A stretch of DNA of 47,200 nt from positions 1 through 47,200 of the IMG/VR virus record IMGVR_UViG_3300044699_000031; one strand, written 5' to 3'. Below, piece by piece: positions 19,293 to 30,339 of the stretch; the first letter of the stretch is position 1, and each line of letters begins with the position of its first letter. The position numbers and the translations under genes are program-made. The notes under the pieces are model-generated. The model made no database searches. It was not told the DNA's origin and saw only the letters and a list, made by a program, of their open reading frames with translations. The DNA is from a virus (lineage: Duplodnaviria; Caudoviricetes).

Positions 19293-19959
19293 ATGAAAGT
19301 GAATCACCTGAACATCGTGCAGGACGAGCACGCCAAGAACCCGCCGGTCAGCGGCAGCCTTGAATCAGTGTTCGCCTTCGAGCAGCGCGTGCTGGCCCGC
19401 CTGGCGCTGGAGTTCCCTGGCGAGAAATGGGGCTATCTGAAGAAGGGCGGCGAGAACACGATCCAGCACAATGGCGAGACGGTCAAGGTCGGGCGCGTGT
19501 GCGACCCGTCGTCGCAGCTCTACAAGATCGCCACGGACATCCCGACCACGAACGATCCGATCTGGAACGACGACGGCATCCTGACGGAAGACTTCCCAGG
19601 CAGCACGCCAGGCCAGTGGTATATGCCCTTTGACGGTGAAGTCGTCGACCCGCCGGTCGAATCCGCCTGTCGACCCTGACCCGGACGTGCAGGCGCAGCT
19701 TGATCGCATCGAGCTGAACACCGAGCGCACGCTGGCCGCCGTCACGCACCTGGCGGCGACCACGGCCGATCAGTTCGCGCACCAGGAGGACCTAATCAAG
19801 CAGCTCAGCGATCAGATCGCAGCCATCCCTGGCGGCGGCGGCACGATCCCGCCGACCGTCGTCGCGATGCTGCAGGCGATCCTGGTCGCATCGAAGGCGG
19901 CGCGTGTCGGGCATACGCAAGCGTTCGGCGGTCGCATGACGATCGACGCGCAGCCGTGA
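19293..19959 (+). CDS. Hypothetical protein: unnamed globular domain, Pro linker and coiled coil
   Basis: WGYLKKGGEN...VGRVCDP...TNDPIWND, then DPPVDPDP and a heptad helix; the frame is open from 19059, so the start is uncertain. Confidence 0.65.
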
Positions 19960-20417
19960 ACATCCGCAGGGCCACGCCAGGCGACCATCACGAGCTGGTG
20001 CGCCTGGCGACCCACTTCGCCACCACGGTGGAACCGTATCGGACGCTGTTCGACGGCGTCGACGTGCCGGCGCAATGCGCCCTGGTGATCAACCTGCTGT
20101 TCGACCTGGGCGAGCGCGCAGCCATTTTTGTGGCGGTCGACGCGGACGACGTGCCGCATGCCGGCATCGCGATCTGTGAGAACTCGAACCTGATAACCGG
20201 CGAGCGCTTCGCCGACGAAATCACCTGGTGGGTCGAGCCGGAGATGCGCGGCGGCCGGCGCCTTGGACCGCTACTAATGGGGGCGGCTGAACTTTGGGCT
20301 ACTACGCGCGGGCTGCGATCCATTAAGATGGTCGCGCCAATCCCGTCAACGGTCGGCAAGTTCTACGAGCGCGCCGGCTACCAAGCGATCGAAGTCAGCT
20401 ACCGGAAGGTGTTGTGA
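19956..20417 (+). CDS. GNAT acetyltransferase
   Basis: IRRATPGD...EITWWVEPEMRGG..LG..LM..AE.WA...FYERAGY. Confidence 0.88.
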   Translation: MNIRRATPGDHHELVRLATHFATTVEPYRTLFDGVDVPAQCALVINLLFDLGERAAIFVAVDADDVPHAGIAICENSNLITGERFADEITWWVEPEMRGGRRLGPLLMGAAELWATTRGLRSIKMVAPIPSTVGKFYERAGYQAIEVSYRKVL

Positions 20418-20584
20418 TGGCCAAGAAGAAGAACGTCAGGGACCTGACCGCGCGCAACCTGTCGCCGCTCAAGGTTCGGCTGACGAAGCTCGAACAGGCG
20501 ATCGTGCTGCTGCACGGCGACATCAACAAGATCAACGTGCGCCTGGCCGCGCTCGAACCCACGCCGCTCGAACCGAAGCCATAG
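20417..20584 (+). CDS. Small coiled-coil protein (55 aa)
   Basis: MAKKKNVRDL...RLTKLEQAI...RLAALE; TGATG overlap. Confidence 0.55.
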   Translation: MAKKKNVRDLTARNLSPLKVRLTKLEQAIVLLHGDINKINVRLAALEPTPLEPKP

Positions 20585-20586
20585 CC

Positions 20587-20938
20587 GTGGCATTCTTCGG
20601 CGGCAGCAATCCGACGACTGGCACCCTGGGCAACCCCGATCGACAGAAGGGCGCCGAGGGTTACGACATGGGCGGCGCGTCCGGCCTGGGGCGGAAGAAC
20701 GTCAACAACGCGCCGATCATCGGGGAAGCTGTCACCCGCCAGGAATACGCGAAGCGCGAAGCCGAGAAGAACGCGCCGCCGTCGACCCTGGCCGCGCTGT
20801 CAGCAGCTCAGGGCGGCGCGAAGTCGGCCGCCGAGCGCCAGCGCAAGCGAGCTGCCGCCGGCAGCACCCTGGCCAGCAAGTCAAACATCAACGCGCCGAA
20901 CCGCCAAGCTGCAGCCTAAGACGCTGCTCGGCTACTGA
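20587..20938 (+). CDS. Small virion protein preceding the portal
   Basis: Ends KTLLGY after an indel, as is typical of the pre-portal gene in this phage type. Confidence 0.6.
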
Positions 20939-22704
20939 TGGCCAAAGACGTCTACGATTTCCTCGACCCGACGGAGAAGCGCAAGCGCTACGGCACGCTG
21001 CGCGCCCGCCTCTGGGCTGACCGCAGCAGCTTTGATAGTCACTGGCGCGAGCTGGCGGATTTCCTGATGCCCCGCCGGACCCGGTTCTGGGCGAGTGACC
21101 GGAACAAGGGCGACCGTCGCAACCAGAACATCATCGACTCGACGGGCCGGTTCGCTGCGCGCACCCTGGCCAGCGGGCTACACGCCGGCCTGACGTCGCC
21201 CGCCCGCCCCTGGATGAAGCTGACGACGCCGGACCCGAGCCTGGCCGAGTTCGGCCCGGTCAAGGCGTGGCTGCACGAAGTCACGATCCGGATGATGACG
21301 CTGTTCGGCACGTCGAACCTCTTACAACGTGCTGCCGCTGGCGTATCTCGACATCGGGATTTTCGGCACGGCCGCCATGTCGATCGTGCCGGACTCGAAA
21401 GACCTGTTCCGCTGCTACAGCTATCCGATCGGCAGCTTCGCCATCGGCCAGGACGAGCGCGGCCTGGCGACGACGTTCTGTCGCGAGTATGAGCTGACCG
21501 TGCGCCAGGTCGTGAAAACAGTTCGGCGTGCAGGAGGACGGGCGAACGATCGACTGGTCGAATATCTCGAAGGCGATCAAGGACGCCTGGGACAAGGGCA
21601 ACTACGAAGACGCCGTCCGCATCACCTGGATCGTGCAGCCCAACGACTACGCCGACCGCGACAAGCTGGCGGCGAAGTATCTACCCTGGGCGTCGTGCTA
21701 CTTCGAGACGGAGGCCAGCCAGCCCGTGTTCCTAAAGGAAAGCGGGTTCCGCACGTTCCCGCTGATGGTGCCGCGATGGGACATCACGGGCGAAGACAGC
21801 TACGGCACGGACTCGCCAGGCATGACGGCGCTCGGCGACATCAAGCAACTGCAGATCGAGCAGCGCCGCAAAGGGCAGCTCCTACACAAGGCTGTCGACC
21901 CGCCAGCTGTCCGGCCCGTCGTCGCTGCGGCAACAGAAGACGTCGCTACTGGCCGGCGACATCACCTACGTCGACGTGCGCGAGGGCCAGCAGTCGCTGA
22001 AGCCGATTCACGAGATACGGCTCGAAGGGCTGCAGCACCTGACGGCGGACATTCAGGACGTGCGCTACACCATCCAGCGCGCATTCTTTGAAGACCTGTT
22101 CCTGATGCTCGCCAGGTCGGACGATCGCCTGGGCGCGGACCGGCCGACGGCTCGCGAGATTGACGAGCGCCACGAGGAGAAGCTGCTGGCACTCGGCCCC
22201 GTGCTCGAACGGACGAATGACGAGCTGCTCGACCCGATCGTCGATCGCGTGTTCGACGTGATGCTGCAGGCCGGCCTGTTGCCGGAACCGCCCGAGGAGC
22301 TGGTCGGCGTCAACGTGCGACCCGAATACATCAGCATCCTGGCGCAGGCGCAGAAGCTGATCGGCGTCGTCGGACAAGATCGGTTCATGCAGTCGGTCGG
22401 CGGCATGGCGGAACTGTTCCCCGACGTCCGCTACAAGGTCGACACGAACCGCGTCGTCGACAACTACGGCGAAATGCTCGGCGTCGACCCGCGCATCATC
22501 CGCTCGAACGACGACGCCAATGCGCTCATCAACCAGGAGCGCCAGGCGATGCAGGCGCAAGCCGAGGCCGAGCAGGCCGCGAAGCTGGCCCAGGCCGCGC
22601 GCAACGCGAGCCAGGCGCCCGTGTCCGGCGACAGCGTGCTGCAGCGTATCGTCTCAGGAGCTGCCGCCAGCCAGCCGGCGCAGCAGCCGCAACCGGTGCA
22701 GTGA
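20938..22704 (+). CDS. Portal (head-tail connector), BPP-1 Bbp21-like
   Basis: HWRELADFLMPRR, LASGLHAGLTSPARPW, PRW...YGTDSPGMTALGDIKQLQ, TAREIDERHEEKLLALGPVLER, YISILAQAQK. Confidence 0.93.
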
Positions 22705-22922
22705 TGGTGCACATAGCCGGACCCATGAGCGCCGACGGTGTGCAGCTCTGCGTCCGCTGCGGGCACATCCTGACCGACTATCGCGGGGCGATGGTGCCGA
22801 CGGAAGACGCGAAGAAACCGCTCGGCGGATGGGCCGTCGGCGCGCACGTTGAAACCGAAGGCGCGAACCCGGCCTGGTCAGGTGTCACCAACAAGCCGGC
22901 CGATTGTAAGGCGGTTCGTCTG
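22701..22922 (+). CDS. Small CxxC protein, in frame with the next gene as sequenced
   Basis: HIAGPM...QLCVRCGHIL; no stop before ATG 22923. Confidence 0.4.
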
Positions 22923-23310
22923 ATGCCGCTGTTGCCGATCGTCCGGAATGCTGCCGACCCGAAGCAGGTCAAACGTGCCGAGCGCACGGAGGCCCGCCGG
23001 TTCGCCAGGTTCGCCAGCGCGCTGAAGGCCGTCATGGCGACGCCGGAAGGCCGCTACGTGCTGCGCACGATCATCGACGATGCCGGCATGCTGCGCAGCA
23101 GCTTCGATACGAACGGCTCGATGATGTATTTCAAGGAGGGACGCCGCAGCTTTCGGACTAGAGATACGCGCCGCGTGCGTGGAAGTGGACGAGGAGCTAG
23201 TGCTCCTGATGGACACGGAAGGCACCGCGCAGCGTCGCGCCGACGAGTCGGAAATCAAGGCCGGCCACATCAGTGACCAGGCCGCAGCAGAGGGAGACGG
23301 CAATGGTTGA
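22923..23310 (+). CDS. Bbp19-like protein
   Basis: LKAVMATPEGRYVL...SF.......FKEGRRSFGL; lies between portal and scaffold. Confidence 0.7.
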
Positions 23311-23978
23311 TCAACCCGCAGCCGGCGCAGCGTCAAGCGAAGCCGGTAAAGGTGGAGCAGCAGCAGAGCACGAAGACGGCCGACACGAAGACGGCCGACG
23401 AAAAGAAACCGGCAGCCGGCGCCGCTGCAGCAGCGACCGGCGAAAAGAAGGAAGGCGCGGACGGAGAGCAGCCAAAAACCGGCGGCAAGGACGACAAGGC
23501 GGCAGCCGAGTCGAAGGCCCCCGAGAAGTATGAGCTGGCGATTCCGGACGGCGCCGAGCAGTGGCTCGACGACGCGGACCTGAAGAACTTCGAGAAGACG
23601 GCCCGAGCCAAGGGCCTGACGAACGAACAGGCGCAGGCACACATCGACGAGTATGCCGATTCACTGGCCACGCAGAGCGCAGCGTTTCGAGAGGAAACAA
23701 GCAAGCACCCGAAATACGGCGGCGACAACCTGGCCGAGACTCAGCGCCTGGCCACGTTAGCGCTCGACCGTGTCCGGCCGGCCAACACGGCAGAGGGCAA
23801 GGCGATCCGCCAGCTCCTGGCGCGCACCGGCTACGGCAACAACGTGCACATCGTCGGCCTGTTGGCCGACCTGGGCAAAATGATGGCAGAGGACTCGCCC
23901 GCCCACGGGACCGGCGCCGGCCAGCTCAAAGACAAGAGCCCCGAGGCTGTGCTCTACGGCGGCAGCGCGAAGACCTGA
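23303..23978 (+). CDS. Capsid scaffolding protein
   Basis: Low-complexity N-terminus, APEKYEL, AKGLTNEQAQ, YGGDNL, TGYGNN, GKMMAED, VLYG; immediately upstream of MCP. Confidence 0.8.
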
Positions 23979-23995
23979 CCATCGGAGAAACTCAC

Positions 23996-25133
23996 ATGCG
24001 CAGCTTTCTAGTGTTGATGGTCCTGTTGGCCGTCGCCATGCTCAGCGTAGACCTGGGCGCGGCGACAACGGTCGCAGGACACACGACGGCGATTCCGCTG
24101 GCGTGGAAGATCGGGCTGTTCGTCGCGTTCGGCGCGGCGCTTGGCACCGGCAACCTGACCCTACTCGACTGGGCGAAACGCCTGGACCCTGACGGCAAGG
24201 TCCCGACGATCGTCGAGCTTCTCAATCAGACGAACGAAGTGCTGGACGATATGCAGTGGAGGGAGGGCAACCTACCCACCGGCCACCGCACGACCGTCCG
24301 CACCGGCCTGCCGACCGTCGCCTGGAGGTTGCTGAACCAGGGCGTCGTGCCGAGCAAGTCGACGACCGCGCAGATCGACGAACAGGTCGGCATGCTCGAA
24401 GCCTGGTCGGAAGTCGACAAGGACCTGGCGCTGCCTCAACGGCAACGTCGGCGCGTTCCGCCTGTCCGAGGCGCGAGCGTTCCTCGAAGCCATGAACCAG
24501 GAGTTCGTGCAGACCCTGTTCTACGGCAACGGCGGCCTGGCGCCCGAGGAGTTCACCGGGCTCAGCGTCCGCTACGCGACGACCGCCGGTTCGCCGGCCA
24601 ACGCCGACAACATCATCAAGGCCGGCGGTGCCGGTTCCGACAACACGTCGATCTGGCTGGTGTCATGGGGCGAGGAAACGATCACCGGGATCTTCCCGTC
24701 CGGCAGCAAGGCCGGCCTGCAGCACGACGACTACGGCGAAGTCACCGTCGAAACGGTCGCCGGCCTGCCTGGTGCCCGTATGCGCGCGTTTCAGGAGCGC
24801 TGGCAGTGGAAGGCCGGCATTGCGCTGAAAGACTGGCGCTATGTCGTCCGGATCGCCAACGTCGACATCAGCGACCTGAACGCGGCGAACGTCAAGACGA
24901 TCATCGATAACATGGAGAGCGCGATCGAACGGATTCCCAACGCCCTGGGCCGTCCCGTGTTCTACATGAACCGCACCATCCGCCGGTTCCTGCGTCGTGA
25001 GGCGCGCGAGTCGGTCGGCAGCGGCGGCGGGCTCAGCTTCGAGAACTTCGCCGGCAAGCGGATCTTGATGTTCGGCGAGGTTCCGATCCGGACGGTGGAT
25101 CAGCTTCTGAACACGGAGGCCCTGGTTCCGTAG
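23996..25133 (+). CDS. Major capsid protein (BPP-1 Bbp17/epsilon15 gp7 type) with hydrophobic N-terminal extension
   Basis: TLLDWAKRLDPDGK...ELLNQTNEVLDD...EGNLPTGHRTTVRTGLP...TLFYGN...DWRYVVRIAN...PIRTVDQLLNTE; one indel near 24433; GGAGA RBS. Confidence 0.93.
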
Positions 25134-25174
25134 TCTGCGCCCGCAAGGGAGACTCGGCACAGGAGAAACCAATC

Positions 25175-25617
25175 ATGTATCTCGACAACCTACTCGTGGT
25201 CAGCGACGCGCAGGCATTCACAGGCGCCGCCGTCTCGACCAACTCAATCGACTCTCGGAACGTCACGCCCAAGCGAGAAATCGCAACCGGCGAACCGATG
25301 GGATTCGGCATCGCGGTCGACGTCGCTGCGTCGTCGACGACCGTGCTGGTCGAAATCATTCAGGCGACTGACGCGGCGCTCACCGCCGGCATCATCGTCC
25401 TGGCTCAGCGGACGTTCCTGTCGGCCGACATGCCGGCGGGCGCGCTGATCTTCTTCCCCATCCCGCAGAACCCGACGGCAGCCGGACCCCTGCGGTTCCT
25501 GGGCATCCGCGTCACCCCGGCGGGCGGCGCGGCGACCGTGACGCTGACGTCGTGGCTGACACGCACGACGCATTCAGCGTGCTGGCGAAGCCCTACGCCA
25601 AATCCTACGTGGTCTGA
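25175..25617 (+). CDS. Capsid cement/decoration protein (Bbp16-like)
   Basis: MYLDNLLVVSDAQA...STNSID...IATGEPM...LRFLGIR; AGGAG RBS; directly after MCP. Confidence 0.8.
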
Positions 25618-25714
25618 TTCAGACCTGGGCAAGACGAAGAAACCGAAAGATCCGAAGCCACCAAAATAGCCGGCGGTCAACGGGCCGCCGGCACTCGTTC
25701 AGTAGGAGAGAACC

Positions 25715-26198
25715 ATGGCGAAGAAGAAGGCAGCGGAAGCCAAGGCGCGCGTGCGGGCGAAGCATCCCGCTGGCCGCTTTGCACCGCGTCACGAAACAGG
25801 GCAAGGTCGAGGCCGAGCGGCCGATGGCGGCCGAAACCGACGACACCGGCTACGATCCCGAGCTGGACGAGCCGGAGGAGGTCGATCCCCGGCCGGCGCC
25901 GTCGATTCGAGTGCGGGCGCTCAAGGACGGCTACTACGACGACAAGCGGCGTCGGGCGGGCGACGTGTTCACCATCCGCGCGCCGTATGAGGGCGACATC
26001 GAGAACGACGGCAAGGTCAAGCGGCAGACGATCGACGAGTTCTCGAAGAAATGGATGAAGAAAGTGGCGCGCTCGACGCCCGAGCGCATCACCACCGGCA
26101 AACAGGTGTTGCGTCGCCAGCACGATGAGGAGATGCAGCGCCGCATGTCGGGCGCCCCGCCCGATAATCCGACCGGCGCCGAAAAGGTGCTGGAGTAG
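25715..26198 (+). CDS. Hypothetical virion-region protein
   Basis: IRVRALKDGYYDDKRRRAGDVF...FSKKWM; AGGAG RBS; indel near 25775. Confidence 0.65.
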
Positions 26199-26221
26199 TA
26201 GACCCTCACAGGTAGACGACA

Positions 26222-26252
26222 CGGCCGCCAGGCTCTGGGAACCTGGCGGCCG
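26222..26252. terminator. Intergenic 11-bp stem-loop between head and tail genes
   Basis: CGGCCGCCAGG / CCTGGCGGCCG; no U-tract. Confidence 0.35.
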
Positions 26253-26269
26253 GCGGATTCGAGTGACTG

Positions 26270-29200
26270 ATGGCCAAAACACAATTCCTCGATTACACGA
26301 TCTACCTGACGGACGCCGCCCTGTGCAGGAGCTGCAGAGCACACCGCACGCGGGCGCGGCGGCTCAGGCTCGGAAGCTGGCGGCGCGATCGCCGTATCAT
26401 CATGGCGCCCACCGTGGCCGCCACGACCTACAGCGCGCCGATTCAGGAACAGAGCGCCGAGATGGTCGCCCCGTGTATTCGATCGAATGGTTCACCGCCG
26501 GCAACAATTTTCCAAGGATCAGCGGACGTTCGATCGCTGCAAACGGCGGCTGGTTTGGGATCTGCTTTCTGTTCGGCACGACGACGCATTTCTACTGGCG
26601 CGGCAAGTTCGCCTGGATGCGAAGCTGGATACGACGTCGCCGACCGGCGGCGCCAAGTTCATCATGCCGCAGCGTCGCTACATCGATGGCGCCGAGCTGG
26701 CGGGTAGCACGAGCTTCGGCGAGGGCGGCAGCGGCAACATGATCGACATCGTGTCGCGTGCCGCGTCGCGACACTTGCAAGGCTTCGGTTATTGGGCCGA
26801 CCGTGTCGTGCTGGAGCGCGTTCACGTCTTCAACGAAGCCGTCCCTGGCCATGTGCAGGATTCACAAGGATGGGATCGGTTCTATTTCCGACTCCGCAAA
26901 TACCCGACCGCGAAGACGCGCATTTTCAAAACCTCTGGCACGGTGTCGGCGACGTCAGGCGTCGAGATCGGCGTGCTCGCCAGCGGGCAGATCACACTGA
27001 CGAACATCGACAGCGCCGGCAATGAAACCACGATCGCGACAGTAGCGCTCCGATCCGCTACACCGTTGGACGAAGGTCGATCTGATCTTCCGCTATGGCA
27101 ACGCGCTCGGCGGCGCTGGCGTGCAACTCTTTCTCAATGGCGTCCTGGCGATCATGAAAGATCCGCTTGGCGACACCGTTGGGCTCGGCCAGGCCATCGG
27201 CGTCGCTAACTGCCGGCTCGGAACAGGCACCGCCGCGCACAACGAAATTTCGATTCAGTTCGACGACTGGATCGGCGCCGACCTGCTCGCTGGAATGACG
27301 AACGGCGAGGACTGGAACACGGCAGCCGCGTCGCGTGCATCACCGCGAAAGCGTTCGGTTCCGATAACGCGGCGAGCTGGCTGGCAGCCGGCGACTGGCG
27401 CGTCCTGACGCAGCGCCGGCCGATCACCACGCCCGTTACGCGCCTGCAGAACACGACGAGCGGCGCGCGGCTGTGCATCTTGACCGATGCCGATCGTGAG
27501 TGCGATCAGGAGACGGCAAGCTCGGCGTCATGGGCATGGTCATCGGGGTCCTGGGGTTCGAGGCCGGCGGCATCGGCGGGCAGCTCGGCTACCGCCTACC
27601 TGGCGGCGGCGCGGCTGTGCTCACGGCCGTCACACAGGACCGCAGCCAACTACCTTTGGCGCAACGCCTATTACGTGCCGTCAGGGCTCACCGATCCCGT
27701 GCATCCATTCGCCGGACGGAACTGATTTTCGATCATGGCGCGGCAGCGAGCGCGCAGAATGTCGCATCCTGGCGGCGGCCGTCGAAACGATCGCGTCTTC
27801 GGTCCGGAGGACGTCACCCCTAACGCGCAGACCGACAATCTGACGCCCGCGCCGACGATCAACCTGGCATCGCAGACCGCGCAATATGTGTCCGACGTCA
27901 AGGATCGTCTGGTCGCAGCCGGCGTCCACTGAACAGCAACTGCGGCGCGCACGAAATTACCCGCCGCGTCGCCTGGGGGCTAAAGCACGAGAGCGCCGGC
28001 CTGCAGATCAAGACGTCCGGCGCGAACTGCAACGGCAAAGCGGTCGGCATCATCATGTTCCCGAGCGGGCGCGCGGTCGACATCCTGGGCGATGCCGGCG
28101 GCGCGAATAACCCCGCAGTGGTCAGAGATTGCGGCGCTCGACCCGTCGCTCTACGCGCTGCCGGAAGATCCTGGTGACACCGACGGACTGTCGACGGTGC
28201 CGGAACACCTGGGCATCCACAATGCGCCGTATCCGCGCAGCCAGTGGGCCAGGCGCGGCACGCCGCCTTCTTCTCCGGTCGGCCTGGTCACAGGCACCTA
28301 CGTCGGCAACGGGACGAGTCGTCGAGTTTCAAAGAACTGTTCTTCCGGTTCCCGGTCAACTTCCTGATCATCCGCAGCACGTCGGCGCAGACCGGCGTGA
28401 TCTGGTGGTCGTCGCTGATTGGATCGCATCAGGACGGTTCGCAGGAGATGAGAAACAACGCGCCCGTCGGCGCGCTGATTGATCCAAATTTCCCGGTCGG
28501 CGCCCCGCTGTCGACGCGCAGGAGCAGCAGACCGTCGTCCGCATCACCGGCAACGACAACAGCAGCAACGCGAACGGCATCACCTATCAATACACGGCGT
28601 TCTGCGATCCGGCGATGCGCTTCTGCAATGCCGGCGCGCTCGCGACGCGCAACGCTAACGTCGACTACGTTACGAACCTGGACAACGAGGGGTTCACGCC
28701 GGATAACGTGTGGCTGGCCACCGAGCTGCGCGGCGGCGGCGCAACGGCGGGATCTGGTATCGAGGGCCAGGACACACCGCGCAAAACGCCAGTCAGCTCA
28801 ACACGTCAGAGACGGCGTCGGCCCTGAGCTTCGCCAAAGGCACCATCACGAGCAAGACCGCGCTGACGAACGCGGCCTGGCATCAGATCGGCTATCTCGC
28901 CTTCCGCAAAAACGACGGCAGCGGCGACGCCAACATCAACAAGGTCCTGGCGACGACGAGCTACACCGGAGACGGCGCCGGCTCACGCACGATCGGTTAC
29001 TCATGGCGGCCAGCGGCCAGCCTGGGCGATGGTCGTGCCGCACAACGGCGCCGCCTTTATCCGCGACGTGTCGCACACCGGCACCAACTCGCTGCAGTTT
29101 CCGACCACGAACAATGCGGCCACCGGCATCACGGGCGGCGGCCCTGACTCGCTGAGCGTCGGCTCGGCGCTGAACACGAACGGCATCATCTACGACGTGT

Positions 29201-30079
29201 TCGTGTTCCCAGGCAGCACGACGGCCGGCAACGGCGGATTTTCGATCAACGGCGAGTTCATCGTCGTCGCCCCTGACTCGCCGACCGGCGGCGACGTGTT
29301 CGGCGGCGGACTCTGGGACGGCACCCCGCCGGACCCGGAGCTGAATCCAGACGAACCTGATTCTGGCGGCGGCACGCCTGACATCCCAGACCTGCCGGAT
29401 GGCGTGCCTGGCACGGACTTCGGCACGAGCTGCGTCGACTCGACGACGTTCCTGATCAACCAGGCCCTGTCGCTGATCGGGTCTCGAAGCAGATCGGCGA
29501 CATCACGACGGAGCTGTCGAAGGAAGGCGACCGACGGCCGAGGCTGCACTGGATCGACGACTGTCGGCGCGACGCTGCGCGCCTTCCCCTGGAACTTCGC
29601 CACGCGATACGCGCGCCTGGTCCTGGTCGGCGGCACGTCGACGGTGCCCGTCAACAACGACTGGCAATACAGCTACCGCATGCCGTCCGACGCCGTGTTC
29701 TCTCGACGCATCACCAACCCGAGCATGGTGCAGCGGCGCTACGACGAAACGCCCGTGGACTTCCGTGTCGGCAGCGACTCGACCGGCGGCCTGATTTACA
29801 CGAATCAGGCACCGACCGACGACAACGATCTGACGCCGGAGCTGGAATACACCGTCCGCACGGACTGCGCGGCGCTGCAACGGCGACCATATCTTCCGAC
29901 GCGCGCTGGTGTGGCGGCATGCGGCCAGCTTGGCCCCGGCGCTGGCGAAGGACGAGAAGAAACAGCAGTTCTGCCTGGCCATGTTCGCCAGGACGATCGG
30001 CGAAGCGGAAACGGCCGGCGCCAACGAGGAGCAGAAGGACCCCGAGGGTGATGCGCCCTGGACGACCGGAAGGAACTGA
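26270..30079 (+). CDS. Large tail protein: lectin-like and repeat domains fused to a C-terminal head-tail adaptor (tail tubular A-like)
   Basis: Beta-rich N-terminal part (RFYFRL..WTKVDL..QLFLNG..FDDW; Y(T/V)G(N/D)G..NxNGxxY repeats); C-terminal INQALSLIG...LRAFPWNFATR...WQYSYRMPSD...LIYTN; many indels. Confidence 0.7.
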
Positions 30080-30339
30080 TGATCGACTACGACGACAAGC
30101 CGCCGGCACCGGACCCGACCGACGATCCGCGTGACCCGGACCCAGAAGAAGTCAAGCACGATCGTCAGGTGCAGGACGACCTACGGCGCGAGCGCGAGGG
30201 CTAATGGTCGAGCGGCGCATCAAATCGCGCGGCCGGCGCTACGCCGACGAAACGCTCTGGTATTACTGTGAGCTTGGCCGTCGCCTGCCGCGTTCCTGAT
30301 CGGCATCGCGCTCGGCTGGCTGGTTGCGGAGCTGGTCTG

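Noticed and set aside
25560-25669. Lys/Pro-rich extension (KTKKPKDPKPPK) of the cement protein by programmed frameshift
   Set aside because: One indel near 25560 gives a natural ending (KPYAKSYVV*), and no slippery sequence is evident. It cannot be supported without reads.
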